In this document: piece by piece, positions 45,135-53,837 of the stretch
How positions within the stretch are numbered: the stretch's first letter is position 1
How the letters are laid out: each line of letters begins with the position of its first letter
NCBI GenBank assembly: GCA_965205975.1
Contig: OZ242195.1
Coordinates: 4,640,001-4,704,000 of the forward strand
Origin: Candidatus Latescibacterota bacterium
GTDB taxonomy: Bacteria > Latescibacterota > UBA2968
DNA length: 64,000 bases
Direction of reading: 5' to 3'
Position numbers and translations under genes: made by a program
Notes under the pieces: model-generated
Database searches by the model: none
What the model was told of the DNA's origin: nothing
What the model saw: the letters and a program-made list of their open reading frames with translations, nothing else

Positions 45135-47054
45135 ATGTTATTGCGCAGGCGTTTAGTACAAATCATACTCATCGCGTTGTTGGTCCAACCGGTGTCTGCG
45201 GCGCCTTCGCCGGATTTTGACGAGAGTGGTGTGGTCGATTTTACCGACTTTTTGTTGTTTGTAAGTGCGTTTGATGCTCGGGAAGGTCAGGAGAGGTACG
45301 ATGCAAAGTACGATTTGAATGGCGATGGCGAGATTGGGTTTGGCGATTTTCTGCTCTTTGTCAGCGACTTTGGCAGGACAGTGGAATTTTTGCGGAACGC
45401 GAGGGCCTATCAGCAGTTTGTGAAGGACAAAGAGAATGGGAGAGAACCCATTTTGCCCGATTTTTCTTATTCGGGCTATCACTATTTCAATAAGCCCGTT
45501 CCCGATGTCACACATCCCGTTTTTGACGTTACGAAGTATGGCGCGATTCCCAATGATGATGTGTCTGACCAGCCTGCTATCCAGGCAGCTATTGCCGCAG
45601 CAGAGGAAAATGGTAGAGGTGTTGTGTTCTTCCCACCGGGTGAATTTCTCATCAACACCGATACGGACAAAAACGATGAGGGCTACAATGAGCCTATCTA
45701 TATCCACAGTAGCAATATTGTTTTGCGAGGCAGCGGTAGCCGCAAGGGGGGTACGGTTATACGAATGGTCAATTACATGTCCCCCCTTCCCGATAGACCC
45801 GGTTATGTGCCCAGTATGTTCAATTTTCAGCCTGTTAGCTTCGCTCGTTCTACCTTAGCGCGTATTACAGAGAGTGCGGAGCGAGAAACTTTTTGGATTA
45901 CAGTGAATAATGCTTCCAGGCTCTCAGTTGGTCAGTGGATTTGGGTCTCTATGACTGTCAGGGATGCAGAAGGAATTAATGCGTTTATTGCCCCTCGTTC
46001 GCCATCCGGCTTGTCGGAACTTTTCGATGTGGGGCTTGATATACGGGAAGAACACAGCATTGCCGAGATTCAGGGCAATCGGATTCGCCTCAATGCACCC
46101 CTGCATACCCGTGTGAATCAAGGGGCAGCGGTGCAGTCCTTGCCGCATCTCGCAGAAGTCGGTGTTGAGGACATCAGTTTTCACGGGTCGTTCTTTGAGT
46201 CATTTGTCCATCATTTGAATCTCATCCACAATGCGGGCTGGAAGCCGCTCTCATTTAACCGGTGTGCCAATTCCTGGGTTCGGCGTGTCTCTTTCATGCA
46301 TGTCAGTGGCGCAATTGGTTTTACTGTTAGTGCTGCCTCATCGGTGTACCAGGTTACAATCGCGGGAAATAAGGGGCATACTGCTTTTAATAGTCAGGGC
46401 AGTTACGGGATATGGTTTGGGCTGTCAGAAGATATTGCAGGTCAGGCTCCCTATAGCACGGCCCCTCTCATCGATGCTCAGAGAAACACCCGTGCGGTTC
46501 CAGGCCAGCATCACGGTACGGGTATGAGTCATGTCTCAACGGGGAATGTGATTTACCACTACGATATGTCTCCAGACCAGCCGCTTGATATCCATAAGAC
46601 GGATCCCAGCTACGCAAATTTGTACGACTGCGTGAATAATGGCAGGTTGTCTGGTAGTAGCGGTGGTGGGGTTCCGCCGCATCATCTCCGGCGTCTTGTG
46701 TTCTGGAATTACAACCACGGGGGCGATGTTACTCACTATGATTTTTGGGCGGGGTATCTCAAATTTTTGTTTCCGATTATTGTGGGCTTTCACGGCAATC
46801 CCGCGACCTTTAATGAGAGTGATCTCGAGGTTTTGGAGTCCAATGGCGAGGCGGTTGCTCCGGAATCGCTTTTTGACGCACAACTCGAATTGCGTCTGGG
46901 CACTTTGCCGGTCTGGGTAAAAGATCTACGCACCGAATGGGAGATGATTCGCAGCATGCCGCTTGAAATCTCAAGAGGCAAGGCTTCGGAGGTAAAAATT
47001 CCTGCGGATTTAAAAGCAGTTAATCCAAATATTTATAGCTGTTATCAGGATTGA
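45135..47054 (+). CDS. Secreted beta-helix polysaccharide lyase-like protein (DUF4955-like) with N-terminal EF-hand/dockerin-like domain
   Basis: Signal peptide; DFDESGVVDFTDFLLF/DLNGDGEIGFGDFLLF; LPDFSYSGY, FDVTKYGAIPND, VVFFPPGEF, PIIVGFHG, PESLFDAQL. Confidence 0.7.
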   Translation: MLLRRRLVQIILIALLVQPVSAAPSPDFDESGVVDFTDFLLFVSAFDAREGQERYDAKYDLNGDGEIGFGDFLLFVSDFGRTVEFLRNARAYQQFVKDKENGREPILPDFSYSGYHYFNKPVPDVTHPVFDVTKYGAIPNDDVSDQPAIQAAIAAAEENGRGVVFFPPGEFLINTDTDKNDEGYNEPIYIHSSNIVLRGSGSRKGGTVIRMVNYMSPLPDRPGYVPSMFNFQPVSFARSTLARITESAERETFWITVNNASRLSVGQWIWVSMTVRDAEGINAFIAPRSPSGLSELFDVGLDIREEHSIAEIQGNRIRLNAPLHTRVNQGAAVQSLPHLAEVGVEDISFHGSFFESFVHHLNLIHNAGWKPLSFNRCANSWVRRVSFMHVSGAIGFTVSAASSVYQVTIAGNKGHTAFNSQGSYGIWFGLSEDIAGQAPYSTAPLIDAQRNTRAVPGQHHGTGMSHVSTGNVIYHYDMSPDQPLDIHKTDPSYANLYDCVNNGRLSGSSGGGVPPHHLRRLVFWNYNHGGDVTHYDFWAGYLKFLFPIIVGFHGNPATFNESDLEVLESNGEAVAPESLFDAQLELRLGTLPVWVKDLRTEWEMIRSMPLEISRGKASEVKIPADLKAVNPNIYSCYQD

Positions 47055-47178
47055 CAACTTTGGCAAGGTGATGAGTATAGCAAGACTTCGGAGTAGGCAC
47101 GACTGTTCGGTTGATGTGCAAGGGCAGTATATACAAGGTTATCGGTTCTGTGTAATTAGAGGATTGATGGCCTGTTTT

Positions 47179-48807
47179 TTATTTCGGTTCGACGAATATC
47201 TCTACTTCGTCGATTACAATTGTGGGGGATGTGGCTTCGGGGTCGCTTTTGGTGAGTGCGATGGACAGGTAGTTGTCGCCGCGTTCGACGAGCGGGTCTG
47301 AGAGGACAAACCAGCGCGTGGAAAAGACGGGTTTTTCCGCGAGTGCGCGAAATTCGATCCGCCCGCCCTGCGCGGTACAGGGGATGTTTCTGCCGTCTTT
47401 TTTCCGTGTCGAATCTACGGTTGTGACGCGATCAGAGGATGCGGTGCGTCCGATGGCTTCGTCGGGGATGATATGGCCGTTGAGGCGCACGTCTAATTCA
47501 TCGTCCGCGGTCAGGCCAAATCCCCGAAAGAGGAGGGTCGCGCAATGCGCGTGTTGCAGGTTTTCAAAGAGTTGAAAACGAAATTCACCCGTGGGGCGCT
47601 GTTCGCCGCGCGATAGTCGAAGTTGTTGTGCGTTGATTACGCCTGTGCTGCGTCTGCCATTGGCTCCAAAACCGCTGAATCCGTCCCAGGTGGGATCAAA
47701 AATGTAGTGCCGTTCGCCGCGCGCGACGCGCTCGGGATCGCGGAGTTGGTGGAAGACCTGCATGCCTTGAGGGTAAAAAGGCGGTTGCCATACGGAAGGC
47801 ACAAAATGGTTGTAGATTGATATGCCATGTGCACCGGCGCCGTACATGGTGTGTGCGAGTGCGCGACAGGTGGCATAGCTTAAGGGGATTCGTCCGAGGC
47901 GGTAGCGCGTGCGGTAGCTGTTCCACGGTAGCAGGCCGGGGTAGAGCAGGCACGCTGTTTTCCGGGTTAGTGCCGACCATTCCGAATAGGGCAAATTGTG
48001 GTCCGCATACATCGTATCTTGCGGGCTGATGTAGTCGAGCAATCCATTCTGTATCCAATTGCAAATGTCCAGGCCCTGACTCGCGCATTCTGCTGGCGTT
48101 GCGTATATGCGCGCGCCAAGCATGAGTTTTTTGCCGGTTTCTTTGCCGCGTTCATTCAGTCGCGTGTGGATCTTTTGTATGAGGTCTGTCATGAGGTGTG
48201 CGCGTTCGGCAGCGTGGTGTGGAGGGAAGTAGGCCGTGTCTCGAAAACACAGTTCCACCCCGTCAATGTCAAAGCCGCAGGCGACTTCTTCTACGACGCC
48301 ATAGGTGAATTCTCGAACTTCCCGATGTGTGAAGTCGAGTGCTTCTGGTTCCTGATAGTTCTGCCCGGGGCGCGGATCGTGCAATCGCAGATGCGGATTG
48401 GATTCAATATATTCGGCAATGCCGACGCCCTGTTTGCGGTTGTGCGCGGCATGGCCGTCATTCATGCGGAAGCCAGCGATAAATTGCATGCCGCGTTGGT
48501 GCGATTGGTCGATGAGGATGTCCAGTGGCTGTGTGCCCGCTTCGATTAAGGGTCTGAATCGCTGGTGCTGAGGGCGCTGGTCGTATTCATAGTGTTCGGA
48601 TTGCCAGTAGGCCGTCCATCCTTGAGAGAATATCTCCTGATTGAATATATCTATCCCGCTGTCCGCGACCATATCCACCCATTTGCGCAGGTCTGTTTCT
48701 CTTACTGGATCGGGCAATACCGTGCGTGCGATCGTGGATGGGTCGCTCACATAGAGGATTCGGTGGTCGCCTCGGGGATTCGATCTCTGGTAGGTCATTT
48801 CTGTCAT
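47179..48807 (-). CDS. Glycoside hydrolase-like (GHL10-type) TIM barrel protein
   Basis: GFRMNDGH, LDFTHREVR, IDGVELCF, WIQNGLLDYISP, GAHGISIYN. Confidence 0.6.
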   Translation of the reverse strand: MTEMTYQRSNPRGDHRILYVSDPSTIARTVLPDPVRETDLRKWVDMVADSGIDIFNQEIFSQGWTAYWQSEHYEYDQRPQHQRFRPLIEAGTQPLDILIDQSHQRGMQFIAGFRMNDGHAAHNRKQGVGIAEYIESNPHLRLHDPRPGQNYQEPEALDFTHREVREFTYGVVEEVACGFDIDGVELCFRDTAYFPPHHAAERAHLMTDLIQKIHTRLNERGKETGKKLMLGARIYATPAECASQGLDICNWIQNGLLDYISPQDTMYADHNLPYSEWSALTRKTACLLYPGLLPWNSYRTRYRLGRIPLSYATCRALAHTMYGAGAHGISIYNHFVPSVWQPPFYPQGMQVFHQLRDPERVARGERHYIFDPTWDGFSGFGANGRRSTGVINAQQLRLSRGEQRPTGEFRFQLFENLQHAHCATLLFRGFGLTADDELDVRLNGHIIPDEAIGRTASSDRVTTVDSTRKKDGRNIPCTAQGGRIEFRALAEKPVFSTRWFVLSDPLVERGDNYLSIALTKSDPEATSPTIVIDEVEIFVEPK

Positions 48808-49151
48808 ATTCCCTGGGAAGATGGTATGCCGATCATTGCCAGGCAGTAGGCAAGATAGCTTTTCGGCACCGGTCCCGCAAGCAATTCGGGATTTCCTCCC
48901 GTGTACGAACTATTTTGAAACCTTTAGATGTATGGCGTGTATCTAAGATGTAATAGGGGATGGACAGCAATCTAAAAATATATACGAGATTGTGAAACTT
49001 TGTAAATGTTAAATGCGTTTAAGAAAGGTATATAACAACTCATTAAATAACGCATCTTTGGGAGGGGGTGACAATCAAAATGGTAACGCCAACTGTTGTA
49101 ACAGAATCTCACACCGGGTCGGGTAAAGAGGAACAAGTGGTAGGAGATACA

Positions 49152-50015
49152 ATGGAATACACGCAAAAGGAAACGCAGTACGCGCGCGAAGCTTCTGTTC
49201 AGAGCTATCTCAAGGAACTGCGCAAGTACCCCCCATTGAGCCGAGAAGAAGAACAAAAAGTCCTTCGCAAGGCCAAACGGGGAAATCAAGCGGCGGTTGA
49301 CAAGATTATTACGTCAAACTTGCGTTTTGTCGTCAGTGTTGCGCTCGAATATCAGGGGCGGGGTGTGCCCCTTGCCGATTTGATTGCCGAGGGCAATATG
49401 GGATTGATGGAAGCCCTCAAGCGATTTGACGAAGAACGCGGGTTTAAGTTCATCAGCTATGCTGTGTGGTGGATTCGACAGTGCATTCTCAATGCACTCA
49501 AGCGCACGTCTAATGTGGTTATGCCTGCAAACCGCCAGGAGGATATGGATCGGATGGCGCGTCGCTGGGGGCAGATGACCCAGGAATTGGGGCGCGTGCC
49601 CACGCTGGACGAAGTTGCCAGCGATATGAAGATCAGCAACAAACGCGCAGAGCGGGCGTTGCGCTGTGTGCGCCCAGACCTGTCTCTTTCTATGCCCGTA
49701 GACACGGCGGGCGAGCAGCCGCTTATGAATCTACTCGAGGCCAATGAAGAGGATCCTGATCAGCTCGTGATATACCGGGATCAGTCCGAGTTTATATTGC
49801 GGTCTCTCAATGATTCTTTAGATCCCCGGGAACGAGATGTTATTCGCGGTTATTTTGGTCTCGACGGAAATGAGCGCCAGACGTTGAGTGACATTGGCCA
49901 GTCTCTGGGTGTTACCCGAGAGCGCGTGCGCCAGATTCGCAACCGCGCGCTTGACAAGTTGCAGCGATATTTTCGAAGAAATGTTCCGGGTGGAAAAGTG
50001 GAAGATCTGGTCTGA
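49152..50015 (+). CDS. RNA polymerase sigma-70 factor (RpoD/SigA family, no region 1.1)
   Basis: YLKELRKYPPLSREEE, NLRFVVSVA, DLIAEGNMGL, GFKFISYAVWWIRQ, GVTRERVRQI; start may be 49080. Confidence 0.92.
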   Translation: MEYTQKETQYAREASVQSYLKELRKYPPLSREEEQKVLRKAKRGNQAAVDKIITSNLRFVVSVALEYQGRGVPLADLIAEGNMGLMEALKRFDEERGFKFISYAVWWIRQCILNALKRTSNVVMPANRQEDMDRMARRWGQMTQELGRVPTLDEVASDMKISNKRAERALRCVRPDLSLSMPVDTAGEQPLMNLLEANEEDPDQLVIYRDQSEFILRSLNDSLDPRERDVIRGYFGLDGNERQTLSDIGQSLGVTRERVRQIRNRALDKLQRYFRRNVPGGKVEDLV

Positions 50016-50036
50016 TACCATCTTATTTTCGGAGTA

Positions 50037-50073
50037 GAAAAGGCGGTTCTGGTTTTTCCAGAGCCGCCTTTTC
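50037..50073 (+). terminator. Intrinsic terminator
   Basis: GAAAAGGCGGTTCTGG-TTTTT-CCAGAGCCGCCTTTTC. Confidence 0.75.
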
Positions 50074-50176
50074 TGTGCAGGTTTTTTCAGCGAAAAGGGT
50101 TGATTTATTCAAAAATGGAGTGTAGATTCTATTTGCTTTTTGTATTCTTTTACCCGCCTCTCTATTGGGCTTCACT

Positions 50177-50950
50177 ATGAGCCGATTATTAGCATTCCTC
50201 GGTGGTCAACTCGCCGCATTTTTCATCCAGGTTTTCCAGATGTTCTGCTATGGCGTCCAATGCGTGATGGAAATGCGGCATCTCTACCTCTATCGACATC
50301 AGATTATCGGACAGTGTTATGCTGTTGGTGTCAGCTCTCTGCCCCTGGTTTGCCTGATTTCGGCTTTTAGCGGGATGGCGATCGCTATTCAGACGGCTTA
50401 TCAGATGGAAGAGTACGTGCCCGATTATATGGTTGGTGCGCTTATGGTCCGCTCTGTGATACTCGTGCTGTCGCCTATTTTGTTGGGTCTCGTGCTCGCG
50501 GGCAGGGTGGGGGCGGGCGTCGCGTCTGAACTCGGCACGATGAAAGTCTCAGAGCAAGTGGATGCGCTCGCGTCAATGGCTGTCGATCCGGTGGGATATC
50601 TCATGTTACCCCGAATGCTCGCTGGCGCGATTATGGTTCCAGTTCTCGTGATTTATTCCTTTTTGGTCGCGAATATCTGCGGGTTTGGTATGTCGATGAT
50701 CAAGATGGCTATTACGCCTACAGAATTGGTCAAAGGTATGAAGCTCTATTTTGAGGTGTATGATGTTTTTGTCGGGTTGGTCAAATCCGTTGTTTATGGT
50801 GGGTTGTTGACGTTTATGGGATCTTATAAGGGGCTGTGCACCGCAGGTGGTGCACAGGGCGTTGGACGGGCTGCTACGGCTGCAGTTGTGATATCTTCTG
50901 CGCTTGTTCTCATTCTCGATTATTTTTTAACACACGCGTTGTTGTATTAA
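50177..50950 (+). CDS. mlaE: MlaE-family ABC permease
   Basis: AGRVGAGVASELGTMKVSEQVDAL, PRMLA, GGAQGVGRA. Confidence 0.9.
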   Translation: MSRLLAFLGGQLAAFFIQVFQMFCYGVQCVMEMRHLYLYRHQIIGQCYAVGVSSLPLVCLISAFSGMAIAIQTAYQMEEYVPDYMVGALMVRSVILVLSPILLGLVLAGRVGAGVASELGTMKVSEQVDALASMAVDPVGYLMLPRMLAGAIMVPVLVIYSFLVANICGFGMSMIKMAITPTELVKGMKLYFEVYDVFVGLVKSVVYGGLLTFMGSYKGLCTAGGAQGVGRAATAAVVISSALVLILDYFLTHALLY

Positions 50951-50953
50951 ACT

Positions 50954-51697
50954 ATGGCAAATGAAACGGCTATTGAGTTTGTCGAGGTGTTTAAGTCTTT
51001 TGAAGCACAACCCGTGCTGAAAGGGCTTGACCTGTGGGTTCCCCGGTCTGAGATTACGACTATTTTGGGTCCGAGTGGATGCGGCAAAAGTGTGACCTTG
51101 AAGCATGTTATTGGGATTGAGCGGGCTGATGAGGGAAAGGTCGTCGTTGCCGGTTATGACATGGAGCGGATTCGCCATGGTGAGTTGATCGAATTGCGCA
51201 AGCGCATCGGGGTTTTATTTCAGTCTTCGGCACTTTTTGATTCTATGACGGTAAAGGAAAATGTGGCTTTTGGGTTGCGTATGCACACCAGGATGTCCGA
51301 AGAAGAAATTGCAGAGCGCGTGCATGTCTGCCTCGATGCTGTGCGGTTGGCGGGTACAGAGGCCAAGATGCCGGTTGAGTTGTCGGGGGGAATGAGAAAA
51401 CGCGCGGCACTTGCGCGGGCTATTGCGATGGAACCCGATTTTATTCTTTACGATGAACCCACAACGGGTCTGGATCCAAATACATCCAGTGTTGTGGGTG
51501 ACTATATATTGAAATTGCAATCGGAGCTCAATGTGACATCGGTGGTCGTCACCCACGATATGCCCCTTGCCCGGCGCGTTTCAGATCGGATTGCTCTCCT
51601 CTATGACGGCAAAGCTGTGGTTCAAGGTGCAATGGAAGATGTTGAAGCATCTGGCAATGAGGTTTTCGAATTGTTTGTTCAGGGCAAGTTGGGGTAA
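50954..51697 (+). CDS. mlaF: MlaF-family ABC ATPase
   Basis: GPSGCGKS, LFQSSALFDS, LSGGMRKR, YDEPTTGLDP, VVTHD. Confidence 0.9.
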   Translation: MANETAIEFVEVFKSFEAQPVLKGLDLWVPRSEITTILGPSGCGKSVTLKHVIGIERADEGKVVVAGYDMERIRHGELIELRKRIGVLFQSSALFDSMTVKENVAFGLRMHTRMSEEEIAERVHVCLDAVRLAGTEAKMPVELSGGMRKRAALARAIAMEPDFILYDEPTTGLDPNTSSVVGDYILKLQSELNVTSVVVTHDMPLARRVSDRIALLYDGKAVVQGAMEDVEASGNEVFELFVQGKLG

Positions 51698-51700
51698 CTT

Positions 51701-52612
51701 ATGAGAAATCGTCGGCAAGAAATTATTCTGGGTGCAGTTGTATTTTTTGCAGCCGTTATTCTGGTGGTCGGCACGGTGTGGCTCTCTGAGCGCTATGCAG
51801 GTGCGGCTGGTGGATATCGAGTCCATGCTAAGTTCGACAGCGTGCCGGGGCTTCAAGTGGGCAATCCCGTGACGTTTCGCGGGGTGCGGGTGGGAAAGGT
51901 GCTGTCTATCACTCTTGAGGATGGGCTGCCTTATGTTGCACTCGGGTTTGCCACAGTGAGAGATTTGCCTGTGGATTCGCGTTTTTTACTTAAATCCGAT
52001 GGTCTGCTGGGTGGGCAAATGATCGAGATTCAGTTGGGAGAGTCGGAACAGCGTCTTCCAGATGGTGCTGTTGTGCAGGGGACTTCTGCTTCTGATCTCG
52101 ATGCGATGGTGTCTGAAAGCAGGCTTATGATTGAAAAAATTCGCGGTGCAGTAGATGGCGTAGCCAGTGAGAATAATCTCACGCATCTGGAAAGTGTTCT
52201 TTCGCGTATTGATACGACCACGTACTATCTCAACCGATTATTGAATGACGATAATCTGGGTAAGGTCGATAAGATGCTCGACAGTCTGGCGGTGGCAACG
52301 GGCGATGCGAGTGGTTTGATGCGGGATAATCGCGAAAGTTTGAGCATTGCCGTGACCAATATAGCTGTGACGATGGAACGCCTTGCGCGGATTTCGGCAC
52401 GGATGGAATCGACTTCGGTTGCTATGCAGAATACATTTGCCAATCTCGATGATATTTCCAAAGGGATACGAGACGGACGCGGTACGGTCGGGCGTTTGGT
52501 TAAGGACGAAGCGGTGTACGAGCATCTGGATCGCACACTGACGTCTGTGGATAGTCTTATTGCAGATATCAAGCGGAATCCCAAACGCTATCTCACTATT
52601 GAGATATTTTGA
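51701..52612 (+). CDS. mlaD: MlaD/MCE family protein
   Basis: N-terminal TM; GLQVGNPVTFRGVRVGKV; GLLG; helical tail GTVGRL...DIKRNPKRY. Confidence 0.88.
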   Translation: MRNRRQEIILGAVVFFAAVILVVGTVWLSERYAGAAGGYRVHAKFDSVPGLQVGNPVTFRGVRVGKVLSITLEDGLPYVALGFATVRDLPVDSRFLLKSDGLLGGQMIEIQLGESEQRLPDGAVVQGTSASDLDAMVSESRLMIEKIRGAVDGVASENNLTHLESVLSRIDTTTYYLNRLLNDDNLGKVDKMLDSLAVATGDASGLMRDNRESLSIAVTNIAVTMERLARISARMESTSVAMQNTFANLDDISKGIRDGRGTVGRLVKDEAVYEHLDRTLTSVDSLIADIKRNPKRYLTIEIF

Positions 52613-52622
52613 GGAGTTTACT

Positions 52623-53495
52623 ATGGTTATCAGGATTCTGCTTTTGCTCGTTGCTCTTACAGCTACTATCTCAGCGACCGATCTGGCGTGGTTTCATTGG
52701 AAGGATAATGACACGATCTCTTTTGGCGGGTTTGTACCCGAAATGAGAGCTGTAAAAGCAATTGTGGGAAAAGGTGATGAGGCACCGCGCATTGTGTATG
52801 GTGACCGTCACGGGGCAGTTTACGTGTTGGAAATGCAAGAGGGGCGCTTTCGAGAGGTGTGGAGAAGTCCTCCACTGAGGGCGGAGATTGCAGAAGTTTT
52901 TGTTCTGGATATCGATGTCGATGACGAGCTTGAGATCGTTGCATATACCCATACTGGAGATATTGCGTTTTATCGCGCCACCGATTTCCAGGAGATATGG
53001 CGAAGTCCGGACAATGAGTTTGCATCGGTTTCGGCTATGGTGATTGAAAATATTGACGACGATCCGCAGCTCGAGCTGGTGTTTTGCGGCGAAGATGCTG
53101 CGGAGAGTCGGAGCTATCGGTCGCCGACCGGATCGCGCGATAATCTCGCCCAGGATCGCGCCGCACAGATTGGGCGGTTGTTTGTGTTCGATTGCAAAAA
53201 TCTATTTTTAGAATGGAGTAGTGAGCAGGGGCTGTGGGCACAGAGTATGGCTGTTGGCGATCTCGACGATGACGGTGAGCTTGAGATTGTACTCAATACG
53301 GGGTTTGTTATTGGCGCGACTTATCAGCGCGTTGAGTGGGAATACCGCGATGGCTTTGGTGAGAAGATTGGCTACGCAGACATCGATGGCGATGGCATAC
53401 CCGAGTTGATCGGCGAGACGAAAAAGCCCCATCAATTTATTCGCATTTTTGATGTGGATCTGCAATCCGAGAGTTTTTTGAGTTCGGGTAGATAG
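52623..53495 (+). CDS. Secreted FG-GAP/VCBS-repeat protein
   Basis: Signal peptide; DIDVDDELEIV, NIDDDPQLELV, GDLDDDGELEIV, DIDGDGIPELI. Confidence 0.75.
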   Translation: MVIRILLLLVALTATISATDLAWFHWKDNDTISFGGFVPEMRAVKAIVGKGDEAPRIVYGDRHGAVYVLEMQEGRFREVWRSPPLRAEIAEVFVLDIDVDDELEIVAYTHTGDIAFYRATDFQEIWRSPDNEFASVSAMVIENIDDDPQLELVFCGEDAAESRSYRSPTGSRDNLAQDRAAQIGRLFVFDCKNLFLEWSSEQGLWAQSMAVGDLDDDGELEIVLNTGFVIGATYQRVEWEYRDGFGEKIGYADIDGDGIPELIGETKKPHQFIRIFDVDLQSESFLSSGR

Positions 53496-53523
53496 AAGTG
53501 TGAAGTAGGAAGTGTGAATAACC

Positions 53524-53604
53524 GTAGGGGCGAGGCATGCGTCATCGCGGCATGATTTTGAGCCGCGATCCAGAAGGTTTTGCTGATAGCTGACCGCTGA
53601 TAGC
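53524..53604 (+). repeat. Composite repeat: half GTAG-REP + CGTC-REP + GCTGATA-type heptamers
   Basis: GTAGGGGCGAGGCATG|CGTCATCGCGGC..GCCGCGATCC..GCTGATAGCTGACCGCTGATAGC. Confidence 0.7.
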
Positions 53605-53613
53605 TTGTTTATC

Positions 53614-53642
53614 TTGACGGTCTCTAACAAAATGGGTAAATT
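53614..53642 (+). promoter_or_regulatory. Sigma-70-like promoter of tRNA-Pro
   Basis: TTGACG-N17-TAAATT. Confidence 0.55.
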
Positions 53643-53660
53643 CATTCACGAACGAGTTGT

Positions 53661-53737
53661 CGGAGCGTAGCGCAGCTCGGTAGCGCACCATCTTGGGGTG
53701 ATGGGGGTCGCTGGTTCAAATCCAGTCGCTCCGACCA
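53661..53737 (+). tRNA. tRNA-Pro(GGG)
   Basis: CGGAGCG/CGCTCCG acceptor stem, anticodon arm CCATC-TTGGGGT-GATGG, GGTTCAAATCC T-arm, encoded CCA. Confidence 0.97.
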
Positions 53738-53744
53738 TAATAAT

Positions 53745-53781
53745 ACAGGGGTTATGCTTTTATTGCATAACCCCTTGTTTT
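53745..53781 (+). terminator. Intrinsic terminator after tRNA
   Basis: AGGGGTTATGC-TTTTATT-GCATAACCCCT followed by T-rich tail. Confidence 0.75.
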
Positions 53782-53837
53782 GTGACTGTTAGACAGACGG
53801 AAGTAAAAATAAATAGCGGCGAGAGGAGGTTTGTGCA

